DNA of 64,000 nucleotides from Thermoplasmata archaeon (GTDB taxonomy: Archaea > Thermoplasmatota > SW-10-69-26 > JACQPN01 > JAJPHT01), in assembly GCA_034667685.1 (NCBI GenBank), contig JAXDQU010000124.1, positions 32,488 to 96,487 on the forward strand, in the 5' to 3' direction. This document shows positions 46,231-56,248 of the stretch, piece by piece. The notes under the pieces were generated by a model that was given only the letters and a program-made list of their open reading frames with translations, ran no database searches and was not told the DNA's origin. Each line of letters starts with the position of its first letter. Positions within the stretch are counted from its first letter, which is position 1. The translations under genes were made by a program, and so were the position numbers.

Positions 46231-46279
46231 TGGGGACGGGGCGCCATGGTCCCCGTCCCCGGCGGCCGGACCTATGCCT

Positions 46280-49200
46280 TCAGCATGCGTGGCTCCGGGT
46301 GGGCGGCACGGTCCCGACGTTCTGCCCCTGGCCCAGCGTGAAGAAGCCCGTGCCCTGGCTCGTCTCCAGCGCCGTCTTCACGCCGTCCACGCTCTGGCCG
46401 TTGACGCACGAGGCGTCCGTGGGCGTCATCGTCAGCGCCGTCACGCCGTTGACGGTGACGCGGAGCGCGTGGCTGGGGAACTCGTCCGTCGTGTACTGGA
46501 GCTGGAGGTCTCCATTGCCCTGGAACGAGCCCGACAGGCTCCCATCGATGGAGGGCACGTTCACGCTCCCGGTCGGGTAGTTGTACGCCACCGGGTTCTT
46601 CGACGAGTACGAGAGCGAGAACGCGGTCGAGGACGTGCTCGCGCCCGACGAGGACGACGTGGCCGTGTCGTAGTCGAGGAGGCACTGGTAGCTGCCCGAC
46701 GCGTCCCAGTAGATCCGGTAGAGGTGCGTCGTGCCGTAGTTCCCGAACACCTCGGGGGCCACGTTCGAGAGCGCGCTTCCGTCCCACTGCATGTGGAGCA
46801 CGCTGTGGACGCGATAGTCCCCGTCGTACGCCGCGTGGCCGTCGCCCGTGTAGAAGCCGTCGATGCCGTCGGGGCCGAGCACGGAGCGGCCCGAGGGATA
46901 GCACGAGGTCTGGTAGGTGCTCGAACGGCCCGACCACTGGTAGGCATAGGCGTCGGCGGCCTCGACGCAGCCCGTGTCATAGCCGCACCCGCAACCGTAG
47001 ACGTGGCACTCGCTGGACACCACGGGGTCTATCAGCGAAGCCTGCGGGATCCAGGAGCGCAGCTCGACGTCGTACTTCCAGTAGGCCTTCGCCACCACGA
47101 CGACGTTCGAGGGGCCTTCGAGCCCGGCGCCGTTGACCGCGCTCACGGCGTAGCCACGCTGGCCGGGCTGGAGGTTCATGTCCAGGTACGAGGTCGTGCT
47201 CGCCGGCACCTGCGCGAGGAGCTGCTTGCTCGACGTGGGCGTGGGATAGACGTAGACGTTGTACGCGGTGACGCTCACGCCGCCGTCGGACGAGGGCGGG
47301 CTCCAGGTGACGCGGAGCTGCGCGTACGTGGGCGCGACGACGGCAAGGTTCTGCACCGCGCTGGGCGGGACCGCCGTGACCGTGATGGTGGCGGAGGCCT
47401 TCGCGGTCTTGCCGTCCGTCTGCGTCACGGTGAGGTTCACGGTGAACGTGCCCGCGCGCGCGTAGTAGCCGCTGATCCCGGTCGGGGGCGCGCCGCCGCC
47501 GGACTGCGTGTTGCCGTTGCCGTACTCGAGCAGGTAGCTCGCCAGCGCGCACCCCGGGCCCGCCGCGGCCGAGGCCGTCAGCGACGCCGTGTAGGGCGCG
47601 TTCCCGCCTTGCGTGGGCGGGCTGAGGCTCACGGTGGGCGCGTTGCAGGTCACGCTGACCGTGCCCGAGGCGCTCCCGGTCGTCCCGTCGCTTTCGGTGA
47701 CCGTGAGCGTCGCCGTGTACGTGCCGCCGCTCGCGTACGTGTGCGTCGCCGAGGAGGGGGGCGCGCCCGAGCCGGTCTGCGGGCTCCCCTCGCCGGGCGA
47801 GAAGGAGTAGCTCGCCAGCGTGCAGCCCGAGGACGCCGAGGCGCCCAGCGTGAACGACGCGCCGTAGGGGGCCTGGCCCGTCTGCGAGCCGGGCGAGAGC
47901 GACACGGTCGGGGCGGTGCACGGGACGCTCACGAACACGTCGTCCACGAACCAGCCCTGGTACGCGTTCGAGAGGCTGTCGATCGTGTCGAAGCGGAACC
48001 GGATCTGCGCGGTCTGGCCGGCATAGCTCGCGAGGCTGTAGCTCTCGCCGTTCCACGTCAGGGACGCGTCGGTGATCTGCGCGAGCGGCAGCCACGTGAC
48101 GCCGCCGTTCGTCGTGATCTCGACGAGCTTCTGGTCGAAGGCCGTGAGCGACTCGGTGTCGTACCAGCTCTTGAACTTCAGCACGGGGCTGCCCGAGGGG
48201 ACGGTGAACGCCGGGCTCGTGGCGCTGCCGGAGTTCGTCGCGCCGTTGTCATAGTTGTTCGTCGCCTCCTGGCCGTACCAGAGGCTGTTGGGCGCGCTGA
48301 AGGGGCGCTTCGTCGAGACGTGCCAGAAGCCCGTCGCGCTCCAGCCCGAGGGAATGCTCGGGCCGCCGTCGAACTTCTGCGCGAGGCCGACCGGGAACGT
48401 CGTGACGGTGACGCCCGCCGACGAGGTCGCGCTCCGGCCATCGCTCTGCGTGACCGTCAGGGTGGCCGTGTAGCTCCCCGCGGCGGTGTACGTGTGGGAC
48501 GACGTGCCTCCGGGCGCGCCGCTTCCGGAGGCGGGCGAGCTGCCATCGCCGAAGGAGAGCGACCAGCTCGACGCGGTGCATCCCGAGCCCGCGCCGCCCG
48601 ACCGCGTGAAGGCCGCCGCGAAGGGCGCGCCGCCCGTCTGCGAGGAAGGCGTGAGCGACGCGGTCGGCGCGCCGCACGTGGGCTGCGTCACCGTGACGCT
48701 CGCCGACGAGGTGGCGGTCTTCCCGTCGCTCTGCGTGATCGTCAGCGTCGCGGTGTAGCTGCCGGCCGTGGCGTAGGTGTGCGCGACGTTGCCCGAGGGC
48801 GCTCCGTTGCCCGACGCGGGCGAGCCGCCGTCGCCGAAGGAGAGCGACCAGCCCGACACGGTGCAGCCCGAGGCCGCGCTCCCCGAAGGCGTGAACGTGG
48901 CGCCGTACTGCGCCGCGCCGCTCTGCGAGGAGGGCGTGAGGGACGCCGTCGGGTTGCCGCACGCGGGCGCCTGCGTGATGGTGAACGTGTACTGCGCGTA
49001 GTAGAGGTAGTTCGTGTCCGTGTCGAGCCAGGGGCGCACGGTCCACGTGCCGGGGTAGGCGGCGGCGCCGCTGGTCTGGATGTTCAGGCTGCCCCCGATC
49101 GTCACGAGGCTGCTGCCGCTCGCGATGGTCTGGGCCGGGTCGTTGCGGAAGGGGCTCAGGATGGGGTCCGTGGAGCGGTACCAGTGCCAGCGCAGCGTGT

Positions 49201-50401
49201 GGCCGTTGGCCTGCGCGTACGTCGTGTCCCAGTCCGTCTCGACGTTCACGATCTCGTTCGTGTTGAAGGAGGATACGTGGTCGCCGGGCGTGGTCTTGTA
49301 GACGCCGCTGTGGTGGCTCGCGTCGGTCAACAGGATCGGATAGACCGTGAAGGGGAGGTTGGAGCCCTGCCTCACCCACGCGCCGCTGCTGTCCTTGAAG
49401 TACGTCTCGACGTGCCAAGCGCCGGGCCGCGCCTGGAAGACGGCGCCGTTGATGTTCTGGTCGAACTCGGAGCAGTAGTCGCCCGGGCCCAAGGTGTGCG
49501 TGGTGATGTTCTCGATCCACGGCGTGCCGGTCGCGTCCTCGACCCACCAGCGACGGATGTCCATGGGGAACGAGCTCGTCACGTGATAGCTGATCCAGTG
49601 CGCGGCGGCCGTGTCCCGGATGTCGTAGATGGCGTTGGACGGCGGCGGCGGGCAGCCGTTGGCGACCGTGCCGGTGGTCTTGCTGAGCACCTGGCTCGTG
49701 AGCGAGCCCAGCGGGGTCGCGGCGCCGTAGGAGTACACGACGACGCTGTCGAACGCGGCCGTGTCGAGCAGGCCCGTGGACGAGCCGCCCGTCCAGTCCT
49801 GGAGCTGCACGACGAAGCTGGACGCGCCGCTGAAGATCGTGCTGGAGACGCTCAGGCTCGATCCATCGTAGTAGCCCGTGTAGCCGCTGCCGGTCAGGAC
49901 GATGCGCACCGCGTGGAAGGCGGTGTCCAGCGTCCCCGCGAACAGGATCTGATCCGTGCCCGCGCTGTCGCGCAGCTCGACCTTGTTGTAGTACGGGTTG
50001 GCGACGACGTCCACCCAGACGTTCGTGTTGTCCGCGCGCGCGAGCCGGAGGTCGGGCTTCGCCACGACGCCCGACCCGGAGACGTGGCGCGCCATCTGGA
50101 CGTTCGCGTCCACGCCGTGCGACGCGTCGAAGGGCGCGCCCACGCTGCCGCCCTGCACGTTCACCCAGTTGGACCCCTGCTCCTGGACCGTCGTCTCCAG
50201 GCGTTGGCTGCTCACGACGACGCTGTAGCCGCCGCTGAGCACCGTCCACTTCGAGGTGTCCAGCCCGCCCGAGTCGAAGTTGTCCTGGAAGAGGATCGAC
50301 CCGGACGCGCCCGCGGGAAGGAGCGGCAAGCCGGACGCGAGAAGGCTCGCGGCGAGAAGGAGGAGGGTCGCGCGTGGGAACCGGAAGCTCAGGGCCATCA
50401 T
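46280..50401 (-). CDS. Large secreted multidomain surface protein (4 PKD repeats, FN3, jelly-roll domains, unique C-terminus)
   Basis: Signal peptide; repeated WSLSFGDG...[13 protein letters not shown] (PKD); PSAVQNL...VTWSPP (FN3); Ser/Thr-rich. Confidence 0.88.
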   Translation of the reverse strand: MMALSFRFPRATLLLLAASLLASGLPLLPAGASGSILFQDNFDSGGLDTSKWTVLSGGYSVVVSSQRLETTVQEQGSNWVNVQGGSVGAPFDASHGVDANVQMARHVSGSGVVAKPDLRLARADNTNVWVDVVANPYYNKVELRDSAGTDQILFAGTLDTAFHAVRIVLTGSGYTGYYDGSSLSVSSTIFSGASSFVVQLQDWTGGSSTGLLDTAAFDSVVVYSYGAATPLGSLTSQVLSKTTGTVANGCPPPPSNAIYDIRDTAAAHWISYHVTSSFPMDIRRWWVEDATGTPWIENITTHTLGPGDYCSEFDQNINGAVFQARPGAWHVETYFKDSSGAWVRQGSNLPFTVYPILLTDASHHSGVYKTTPGDHVSSFNTNEIVNVETDWDTTYAQANGHTLRWHWYRSTDPILSPFRNDPAQTIASGSSLVTIGGSLNIQTSGAAAYPGTWTVRPWLDTDTNYLYYAQYTFTITQAPACGNPTASLTPSSQSGAAQYGATFTPSGSAASGCTVSGWSLSFGDGGSPASGNGAPSGNVAHTYATAGSYTATLTITQSDGKTATSSASVTVTQPTCGAPTASLTPSSQTGGAPFAAAFTRSGGAGSGCTASSWSLSFGDGSSPASGSGAPGGTSSHTYTAAGSYTATLTVTQSDGRSATSSAGVTVTTFPVGLAQKFDGGPSIPSGWSATGFWHVSTKRPFSAPNSLWYGQEATNNYDNGATNSGSATSPAFTVPSGSPVLKFKSWYDTESLTAFDQKLVEITTNGGVTWLPLAQITDASLTWNGESYSLASYAGQTAQIRFRFDTIDSLSNAYQGWFVDDVFVSVPCTAPTVSLSPGSQTGQAPYGASFTLGASASSGCTLASYSFSPGEGSPQTGSGAPPSSATHTYASGGTYTATLTVTESDGTTGSASGTVSVTCNAPTVSLSPPTQGGNAPYTASLTASAAAGPGCALASYLLEYGNGNTQSGGGAPPTGISGYYARAGTFTVNLTVTQTDGKTAKASATITVTAVPPSAVQNLAVVAPTYAQLRVTWSPPSSDGGVSVTAYNVYVYPTPTSSKQLLAQVPASTTSYLDMNLQPGQRGYAVSAVNGAGLEGPSNVVVVAKAYWKYDVELRSWIPQASLIDPVVSSECHVYGCGCGYDTGCVEAADAYAYQWSGRSSTYQTSCYPSGRSVLGPDGIDGFYTGDGHAAYDGDYRVHSVLHMQWDGSALSNVAPEVFGNYGTTHLYRIYWDASGSYQCLLDYDTATSSSSGASTSSTAFSLSYSSKNPVAYNYPTGSVNVPSIDGSLSGSFQGNGDLQLQYTTDEFPSHALRVTVNGVTALTMTPTDASCVNGQSVDGVKTALETSQGTGFFTLGQGQNVGTVPPTRSHAC

Positions 50402-50599
50402 GATCGCTCGGATCTGAAGGGTCGAGCGGGGCTCAAGTACGTCGCCAACGCGAGGGTTGCGCTCCTCTCCGCGGGGTTGCGCGCCTCATGCCCCCGGCTG
50501 CGGGGCGCCTGGCGGAGGTTGCCGGGATGGCCGACACGCTCAAATAGAACCGCTCGTATGGGCGCGCATTCCCTGCCCGTTGGCAGGGAGGTGTTCACC

Positions 50600-52258
50600 A
50601 TGATGGGCAACAACGCCGGCAATCAGCAGGTCATCATCCTCAAGGAGGGCACGCGCCGCGACAAGGGCCGCGGGGCGCAGAGCAACAACATCATGGCCGC
50701 CCGCGCGGTCGCCGAGGCGGTCCGCTCGACGCTGGGCCCCAAGGGCATGGACAAGATGCTCGTGGACAGCATGGGCGACGTCGTCATCACGAACGACGGC
50801 GTGACGATCCTCAAGGAGATCGACATCGAGCACCCCGCGGCGAAGATGATCGTCGAGGTCGCCAAGACGCAGGACCAGGAGGTCGGCGACGGCACGACCA
50901 GCGCGGTCATCATCGCGGGCGAGCTCCTGCGCCGCGCCGAGGAGCTCATCGACGACGTGCACCCCACGCTGATCAACCAGGGCTACCGCAAGGCGCACCA
51001 GAAGGCGCTGGAGATCCTGCCCTCGATCGCGCACCCCGTCTCCACGAGCGACACCGCGCTGCTCACCAAGATCGCGACCACCGCGATGACCGGCAAGAGC
51101 GCCGCGTTCCAGAACTCGCTGCTCTCCAAGATCGCCGTCGACGCGGTCACCGCCATCGAGGAGAAGCAGGGCAACAAGACGATCGCGGACACGGACAACA
51201 TCCAGGTCGTCAAGAAGAGCGGCGGCTCGGTCGACGACACGCAGCTCATCAAGGGCATCATCGTCGACAAGGAGCGCGTGCACGCGGGCATGCCCAAGAG
51301 CGTCAAGAACGCGAAGGTCGCGCTGCTCGACGTCGCGCTCGAGATCAAGAAGACCGAGATCGACGCCAAGATCAAGATCACGAGCCCCGGCAGCTTCCAG
51401 AGCTTCCTCGACGAGGAGGAGAAGACGCTGCGCACGAAGGTCGACAAGGTCGTGAAGTCGGGCGCGACGGTCGTGTTCGTCCAGAAGGGCATCGACGACC
51501 TCGCGCAGCACTTCCTCGCGAAGGCCGGCGTCTACGCCGTCCGCCGCGTCAAGAAGAGCGACATGGAGAAGATGGAGAAGGCGTGCGGCGCGAGCATCGT
51601 CTCCAACCTCGACGACCTCCGCCCCACGGACCTGGGCAACGCCGGGCTCGTCGAGGAGCGCAAGATCGGCGAGGACGAGATGACCTTCGTCACCGAGTGC
51701 GCCAACCCGCGCGCCGTGAGCATCCTCCTCCGCGGCAGCACCGAGCACGTCGTCGACGAGATCGAGCGCGCCCTCGAGGACGCCCTGCGCGTCGTCGCGG
51801 TCGCCGTCGAGGACGGCAAGATCGTCGCCGGCGGCGGCGCTCCCGAGGTCGAGCTCGCCCTCCAGCTGCGCAAGTACGCCGCCAGCGTCGGCGGCCGCAG
51901 CCAGCTCGCCATCGAGGCGTTCGCCAACGCGCTCGAGATCATCCCCCGCACCCTCGCCGAGAACGCGGGCCTCGACGCGATCAACATGCTCGTCGACCTG
52001 CGCAGCGCGCACGAGAAGGGCCAGAAGTCCGCCGGCCTCAACGTCTTCACCGGCAAGGTCGAGGACATGCTCAAGGACGGCGTCGTCGAGCCCCTCCGCG
52101 TCAAGATCCAGGCGCTGGGCTCCGCGACCGAGGCCGCGACGATGATCCTGCGCATCGACGACGTCATCGCCGCCAAGGAGCTCAAGGGCGGCGCCGGCGG
52201 TCCCCCCGGCGGCGGCATGCCCGGAATGCCCGGCGGAATGCCTGGCATGGGCATGTAG
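50600..52258 (+). CDS. ths: Thermosome subunit (group II chaperonin)
   Basis: [24 protein letters not shown] and a GGM-rich tail; GGAGGTG RBS. Confidence 0.97.
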   Translation: MMGNNAGNQQVIILKEGTRRDKGRGAQSNNIMAARAVAEAVRSTLGPKGMDKMLVDSMGDVVITNDGVTILKEIDIEHPAAKMIVEVAKTQDQEVGDGTTSAVIIAGELLRRAEELIDDVHPTLINQGYRKAHQKALEILPSIAHPVSTSDTALLTKIATTAMTGKSAAFQNSLLSKIAVDAVTAIEEKQGNKTIADTDNIQVVKKSGGSVDDTQLIKGIIVDKERVHAGMPKSVKNAKVALLDVALEIKKTEIDAKIKITSPGSFQSFLDEEEKTLRTKVDKVVKSGATVVFVQKGIDDLAQHFLAKAGVYAVRRVKKSDMEKMEKACGASIVSNLDDLRPTDLGNAGLVEERKIGEDEMTFVTECANPRAVSILLRGSTEHVVDEIERALEDALRVVAVAVEDGKIVAGGGAPEVELALQLRKYAASVGGRSQLAIEAFANALEIIPRTLAENAGLDAINMLVDLRSAHEKGQKSAGLNVFTGKVEDMLKDGVVEPLRVKIQALGSATEAATMILRIDDVIAAKELKGGAGGPPGGGMPGMPGGMPGMGM

Positions 52259-52348
52259 GCCCGGCTTCGCCTCGTCGATCTCTTTTCTTGCATCCTTTCT
52301 CTTGCGCGACAGCGGACGCTATCTGCCGAGGGCGGGATCGGGGCGCGC

Positions 52349-52588
52349 ATGCTTTCCCGCCTCGTCCTCCTCGCCGCCCTCGTCCTGATCGCCTTCGCGA
52401 CCTCCGCCCAGGCGCGCCCCGACGTGCCCGGCGTCTGCACGTGGGGCAACGATCCCTGCGGCCCGCTCGACATCGTCTGCGTCACGCAGGCCACGAGCGA
52501 GACGTGCCTCGCCGTCGCCTGCAACACGCAGACCCAGTGCACCTGGCCCCCGCAGATCGACCCCTGCGGCGACTCGCAGTGCGAGTAA
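52349..52588 (+). CDS. Small secreted Cys-rich protein
   Basis: Signal peptide and 8 Cys in an approximately 58-aa mature part. Confidence 0.7.
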   Translation: MLSRLVLLAALVLIAFATSAQARPDVPGVCTWGNDPCGPLDIVCVTQATSETCLAVACNTQTQCTWPPQIDPCGDSQCE

Positions 52589-52626
52589 GATGATGGCGCC
52601 CCCTTCGGGGAGCCGAGAAAAACGAG

Positions 52627-52699
52627 TGGGGTGAGCCGGACTTGAACCGGCGACCTTCTGATCTTCAGTCAGACGATCTCCCAACTGATCTACCACCCC
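52627..52699 (-). tRNA. tRNA-Phe(GAA), intronless, CCA not encoded
   Basis: GGGGTGG acceptor stem, GATC D stem, TCTGA-CTGAAGA-TCAGA anticodon arm and GCCGG-TTCAAGT-CCGGC T arm. Confidence 0.95.
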
Positions 52700-53082
52700 A
52701 GTTGGTTTGGGCGATCCACCCGCGCGCAGCGAAGCGCGTCGGGCAGCGTTCGGAGCCGCCAGCCCCCTTGGGGGCGTCCCTCCATTCCGGCCCCCGTATT
52801 TGAGCGTTCGGACGACCTGCCCAGCCGCCCCGCATCGTGGCTCACCAACGCCGACCGTTTGGCCGGGCGGGAGCGGCGCGGGCGTCTTCCCTTGCGCCGC
52901 TCGCTCGTCGTGGTCCCGGTCGTCCTCGCCCTCCCTCATGGGCGCCGCCGCACGTGATATCACGCCCGCGCTGCCGCGGTACCCGGGAGGACATCGGACG
53001 AGCCGCGTCAGCACGGGCGTGGGCGCGGGACGGCGCTTCGGCCTCGCCCAAGCCTCAAGACCCACGCGGCCCTCGCAGGCGC

Positions 53083-53475
53083 GTGCGGGCGCTTCCGCTC
53101 CTGGTCCTCCTTGCGTTGACCAGCGGCTGCTACGCGCCCCCGAGCGCCCCCGCGCCGCAGGCCGGCGAGTTCCACCTGGAGCTGCTGGGCGCGACGCCCG
53201 GCGCGAGCGCCATGCGCTGGAGTGTCGCCCTTGCCAACGGCAACGCGGACGCGCTGCACGGCGTGAAGGTCACGATCTCGGTGAAGTACTACCGCACGAA
53301 GGACGCGGGCCAAGACGAGCGCGTCGTCGACGTCCCGGGCAACGAGACCTCCGTCGTGACGCTCAACACGACGTACATGGGCTTCGGCGACTACGATTAC
53401 ACCATCCAGGCCCTCGACGCGCAGGGGCACGTGCTCGACGGCGAGCAGGATCTCTTCGAGCTGTGCTATTGCTAG
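53083..53475 (+). CDS. Small lipoprotein with an Ig-like fold and C-terminal CYC
   Basis: GTG start, hydrophobic signal ending TSGC, beta-rich. Confidence 0.7.
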   Translation: MRALPLLVLLALTSGCYAPPSAPAPQAGEFHLELLGATPGASAMRWSVALANGNADALHGVKVTISVKYYRTKDAGQDERVVDVPGNETSVVTLNTTYMGFGDYDYTIQALDAQGHVLDGEQDLFELCYC

Positions 53476-53562
53476 CGCTTGCGGATCTGTTCGGCCGAGG
53501 CAGACTCCGATCGCCGGAGCTATCGCCGCGGGCGGCCTCCGGCGGTCCGGAGCGCTTCCGCC

Positions 53563-54051
53563 ATGAACGCGAAGTTCCTGATCGCATGCCTCGTGACCAC
53601 CGCCTTCGTCCCCGTCGCCTCCGCCACGACCGGGACCTGCCTCTGGCAGTCCAGCCTCGACCGCGGCGCCTGCGCCGACGCGGGCGGGTACGCCTACGGC
53701 GAGGGTTGCGGCGGCGCGCAAGGCTACACGCAGGATGGCGCCCGCGTCTCCGCCTCCGGTCCGCGCGCCTCGCGCAACGTCGAGGTCGCGTGGTCCTGCG
53801 ACGACTGGACCGGCAGCGGCGGCAACAACACGACCGCCTGGTCCTCCCACGACCGCGCGCTGCGCGCCACCACGTGGTCCTCCCGCGACGGAGCGTGGCA
53901 CGAGACGTCCGCCGACTGGGAATCGTACGACGGGAGCGATCCCTACGGCTCGTGGCACGGCTGCGGGACCTACGTGACGGTGTCCGGCCACGGACGCGAC
54001 CTGGGCTGCCCCCTCGGCGCGCCGCCCGCGCCGCCCACCGTGCTTCCCTGA
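53563..54051 (+). CDS. Secreted Cys/Trp/Gly-rich hypothetical protein
   Basis: Signal peptide MNAKFLIACLV...ASA. Confidence 0.7.
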   Translation: MNAKFLIACLVTTAFVPVASATTGTCLWQSSLDRGACADAGGYAYGEGCGGAQGYTQDGARVSASGPRASRNVEVAWSCDDWTGSGGNNTTAWSSHDRALRATTWSSRDGAWHETSADWESYDGSDPYGSWHGCGTYVTVSGHGRDLGCPLGAPPAPPTVLP

Positions 54052-54085
54052 GAAGCTTCATCCCGGCGCGGGCGGGTCCCGCCGC

Positions 54086-55147
54086 GTGCGCGCCGAGGCC
54101 CTGCTGCCCGACCTGATCCGTCGCGCCGGCCGCTCGCCCCACGACGTGATCGCAGGCGTGGCGCCGCACCTCGCCGCGCTCGGGTTCGCAGAGCGCCGCA
54201 CGCGCGAGGGCCCCGAGGCCGTGCTCTTCACGCGCGGCAAGCCGACCCTCTGCCTCTCGGGGCACGTCGACGTCGTCCCGGAAGGCGAAGGGTGGACGCG
54301 CGACCCGCACGGCGGCGAGACCGCCGAAGGCCGCATCTGGGGCCGCGGCGCGTGCGACATGCTCGGCGCGGTCGCGGCCTACGCCGGCGCCGCCGGCCTC
54401 GCGCCCGACGCGCCTTGCGCCATCCTCCTCACCACCGACGAGGAGACGAAGATGGGCGCCGCCGAAGGCGCGCTGCGCGACGGATTGCTATTGGGCATCC
54501 GCGGCGTCGTCGTGGGCGAGCCCACCTCGTTCGCCGTGGGACGCGCCGAGAAGGGCGTCCTCTGGCTGCGCGTCCGCACGCAGGGACGCAACGCCCACGG
54601 CAGCATGCCCGAGCTGGGCGACAACGCCGCCGACCGGCTCGTGCGCGCGCTCCATGCCCTCCAGGGCGCGCCGCTCCCGGGCCGCCACCCGCTCCTGGGC
54701 GCGCCGACGCTGAGCTTGGGCAAGCTCGCCAGCGGCGAGGCCGTCAACCAGGTGCCCGCGAGCGCCGCCGCGGAGCTTGATATCAGATACCTGCCCGGCA
54801 TGGCCCATGATCAGGTGAACGTTCACCTGACCACGGCGTTCGCGCGGGCCGGCGAGTCGCCGCGCGTCGAGACGCTCGGCCACCACCCGCCCTTCGAGAC
54901 GCCCGAGGACGCGCCGCTCGTGCAGGCTGCCGTCCGCGCGGTGGCGAAGGCCCGCGGCGCCGCGCCGCCCGTGCTGGGCTTGCCCTACGGCACGGAGGCG
55001 TCGCGCTATGCGCCCGCGGGCTTCCCGTGCGTGATCCTCGGGCCCGGCGAGCAGGCGCTCGCGCACACGAACCAGGAGAGCATCGCCATCGCCGCGCTGC
55101 GCGAGGCCGAGGAGACGTACGCCTTCCTCCTGCGGGACGCGGCATGA
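54086..55147 (+). CDS. M20 family metallopeptidase (ArgE/DapE-like)
   Basis: GHVDVVP, GRGACDM, DEE, GEPT and AH..QE. Confidence 0.92.
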   Translation: MRAEALLPDLIRRAGRSPHDVIAGVAPHLAALGFAERRTREGPEAVLFTRGKPTLCLSGHVDVVPEGEGWTRDPHGGETAEGRIWGRGACDMLGAVAAYAGAAGLAPDAPCAILLTTDEETKMGAAEGALRDGLLLGIRGVVVGEPTSFAVGRAEKGVLWLRVRTQGRNAHGSMPELGDNAADRLVRALHALQGAPLPGRHPLLGAPTLSLGKLASGEAVNQVPASAAAELDIRYLPGMAHDQVNVHLTTAFARAGESPRVETLGHHPPFETPEDAPLVQAAVRAVAKARGAAPPVLGLPYGTEASRYAPAGFPCVILGPGEQALAHTNQESIAIAALREAEETYAFLLRDAA

Positions 55148-56073
55148 CGCCTCCGCGCGGGCTCGTCGCCGCGACGGTGACGCTCTCGATCCTCGCCGTC
55201 TCCACGGCCGCGCCGCTGATCCGCCTCGCGGGCGACACGCCGCCCCTCGCGATCGCGTTCTGGCGCCTCCTCGACGCGACAGCCCTCCTCGTGCCGCTCG
55301 CGCTGATCTTCGCGCGGCGCGACCTCGCCTCGCTCGCGGGCCGCGACTGGGCGATCCTCCTGGGCGTGGGCGCGATCCTGGGGCTCCACTTCGCGACGTG
55401 GATCACCAGCGTCGGCCTCACGAGCGTCGCCGCGAGCGTCGTCCTCGTCACGCTGCACCCGGTGTTCGTCGGCCTCGCCTCCGAGCGCCTCTTCGGCGAG
55501 GGCCCGCGCCGCATGGGCTGGATCGGCATCGTCGTGGCGCTCGTGGGCGGCCTCGTCATCGCGGCGGGCGACTCGCGCGGCGGCCCCGCGCCGCTGCTGG
55601 GCGACGCGCTGGCCTTCGCGGGCGCGCTCTGCGCCGCGCTCTACTTCCTCGCGGGCCGGCGTTACCGCCAACGCCTCGGCCTGCTCGCCTACGTCACGCC
55701 CGTCTACACCGGCGCCACGATCGCGCTGGGCATCCTCCTCGTCGCGCTCCCCACGCCCTGGGGCGGCGGCTTCGCGACGTACGGCGACGCCAACCAGGGG
55801 CTCTTCCTCGCCCTCGCGCTGGGCCCCATGATCCTGGGCCACACCGGGCTCAACTGGGCGTTGAGGTACGTTCGCGCGCCGGTCATCGCCACCACCATCC
55901 TGGGCGAGCCCGTAGGCGCTTCGCTGCTCGCGTTCTTCCTCCCGCAGATCCACGAGGTGCCGCCCCCCTCGACGCTCGTGGGCGCCGCGGTCGTCCTGGC
56001 GGGCATCCTCCTGGTCGCGCTCGACGAGGGCCGGCGCGGCGCGGCGGAGGCCGCCGCCGAAGTCGAGGCGTAG
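55144..56073 (+). CDS. DMT/EamA family transporter
   Basis: About 10 TMs; HFATWITS, GHT..NWAL and LGEPV. Confidence 0.92.
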   Translation: MTPPRGLVAATVTLSILAVSTAAPLIRLAGDTPPLAIAFWRLLDATALLVPLALIFARRDLASLAGRDWAILLGVGAILGLHFATWITSVGLTSVAASVVLVTLHPVFVGLASERLFGEGPRRMGWIGIVVALVGGLVIAAGDSRGGPAPLLGDALAFAGALCAALYFLAGRRYRQRLGLLAYVTPVYTGATIALGILLVALPTPWGGGFATYGDANQGLFLALALGPMILGHTGLNWALRYVRAPVIATTILGEPVGASLLAFFLPQIHEVPPPSTLVGAAVVLAGILLVALDEGRRGAAEAAAEVEA

Positions 56074-56093
56074 CGAGTCGGGCCCGCCCTTTG

Positions 56094-56158
56094 TTTCCCG
56101 CCAACACGCCAGGACGCCATCACGCTACGTGTTGGCGTGTTCGCGTGTTGGCGGGAAA
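56094..56158. repeat. Intergenic hairpin of 8-nt units (ACGCCANN / TGTTGGCG)
   Basis: TTTCCCGCCAACACGC (56094-56109) pairs perfectly with GCGTGTTGGCGGGAAA (56143-56158). Confidence 0.85.
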
Positions 56159-56248
56159 GCAACGCACACTCGACCGACCCGCGAAACTCCGGGCGGGGGG
56201 CGCCGCAAGCATCAAGCTTCAAGCCCGGAGCCGGGCCTCGGCCAAGAG

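Noticed and set aside
47380-48970. Long direct repeats (e.g. about 48420-48690 vs 48690-48965)
   Set aside because: Explained by tandem PKD domains in the surface protein.
52700-53080. Possible ncRNA or small ORF upstream of tRNA-Phe
   Set aside because: Only weak GC-rich hairpins and no convincing coding frame. It most likely holds the tRNA promoter/leader and a divergent promoter.
52627-54051. tRNA-anchored prophage or integrative element
   Set aside because: No integrase, viral genes or duplicated tRNA 3' end was seen.
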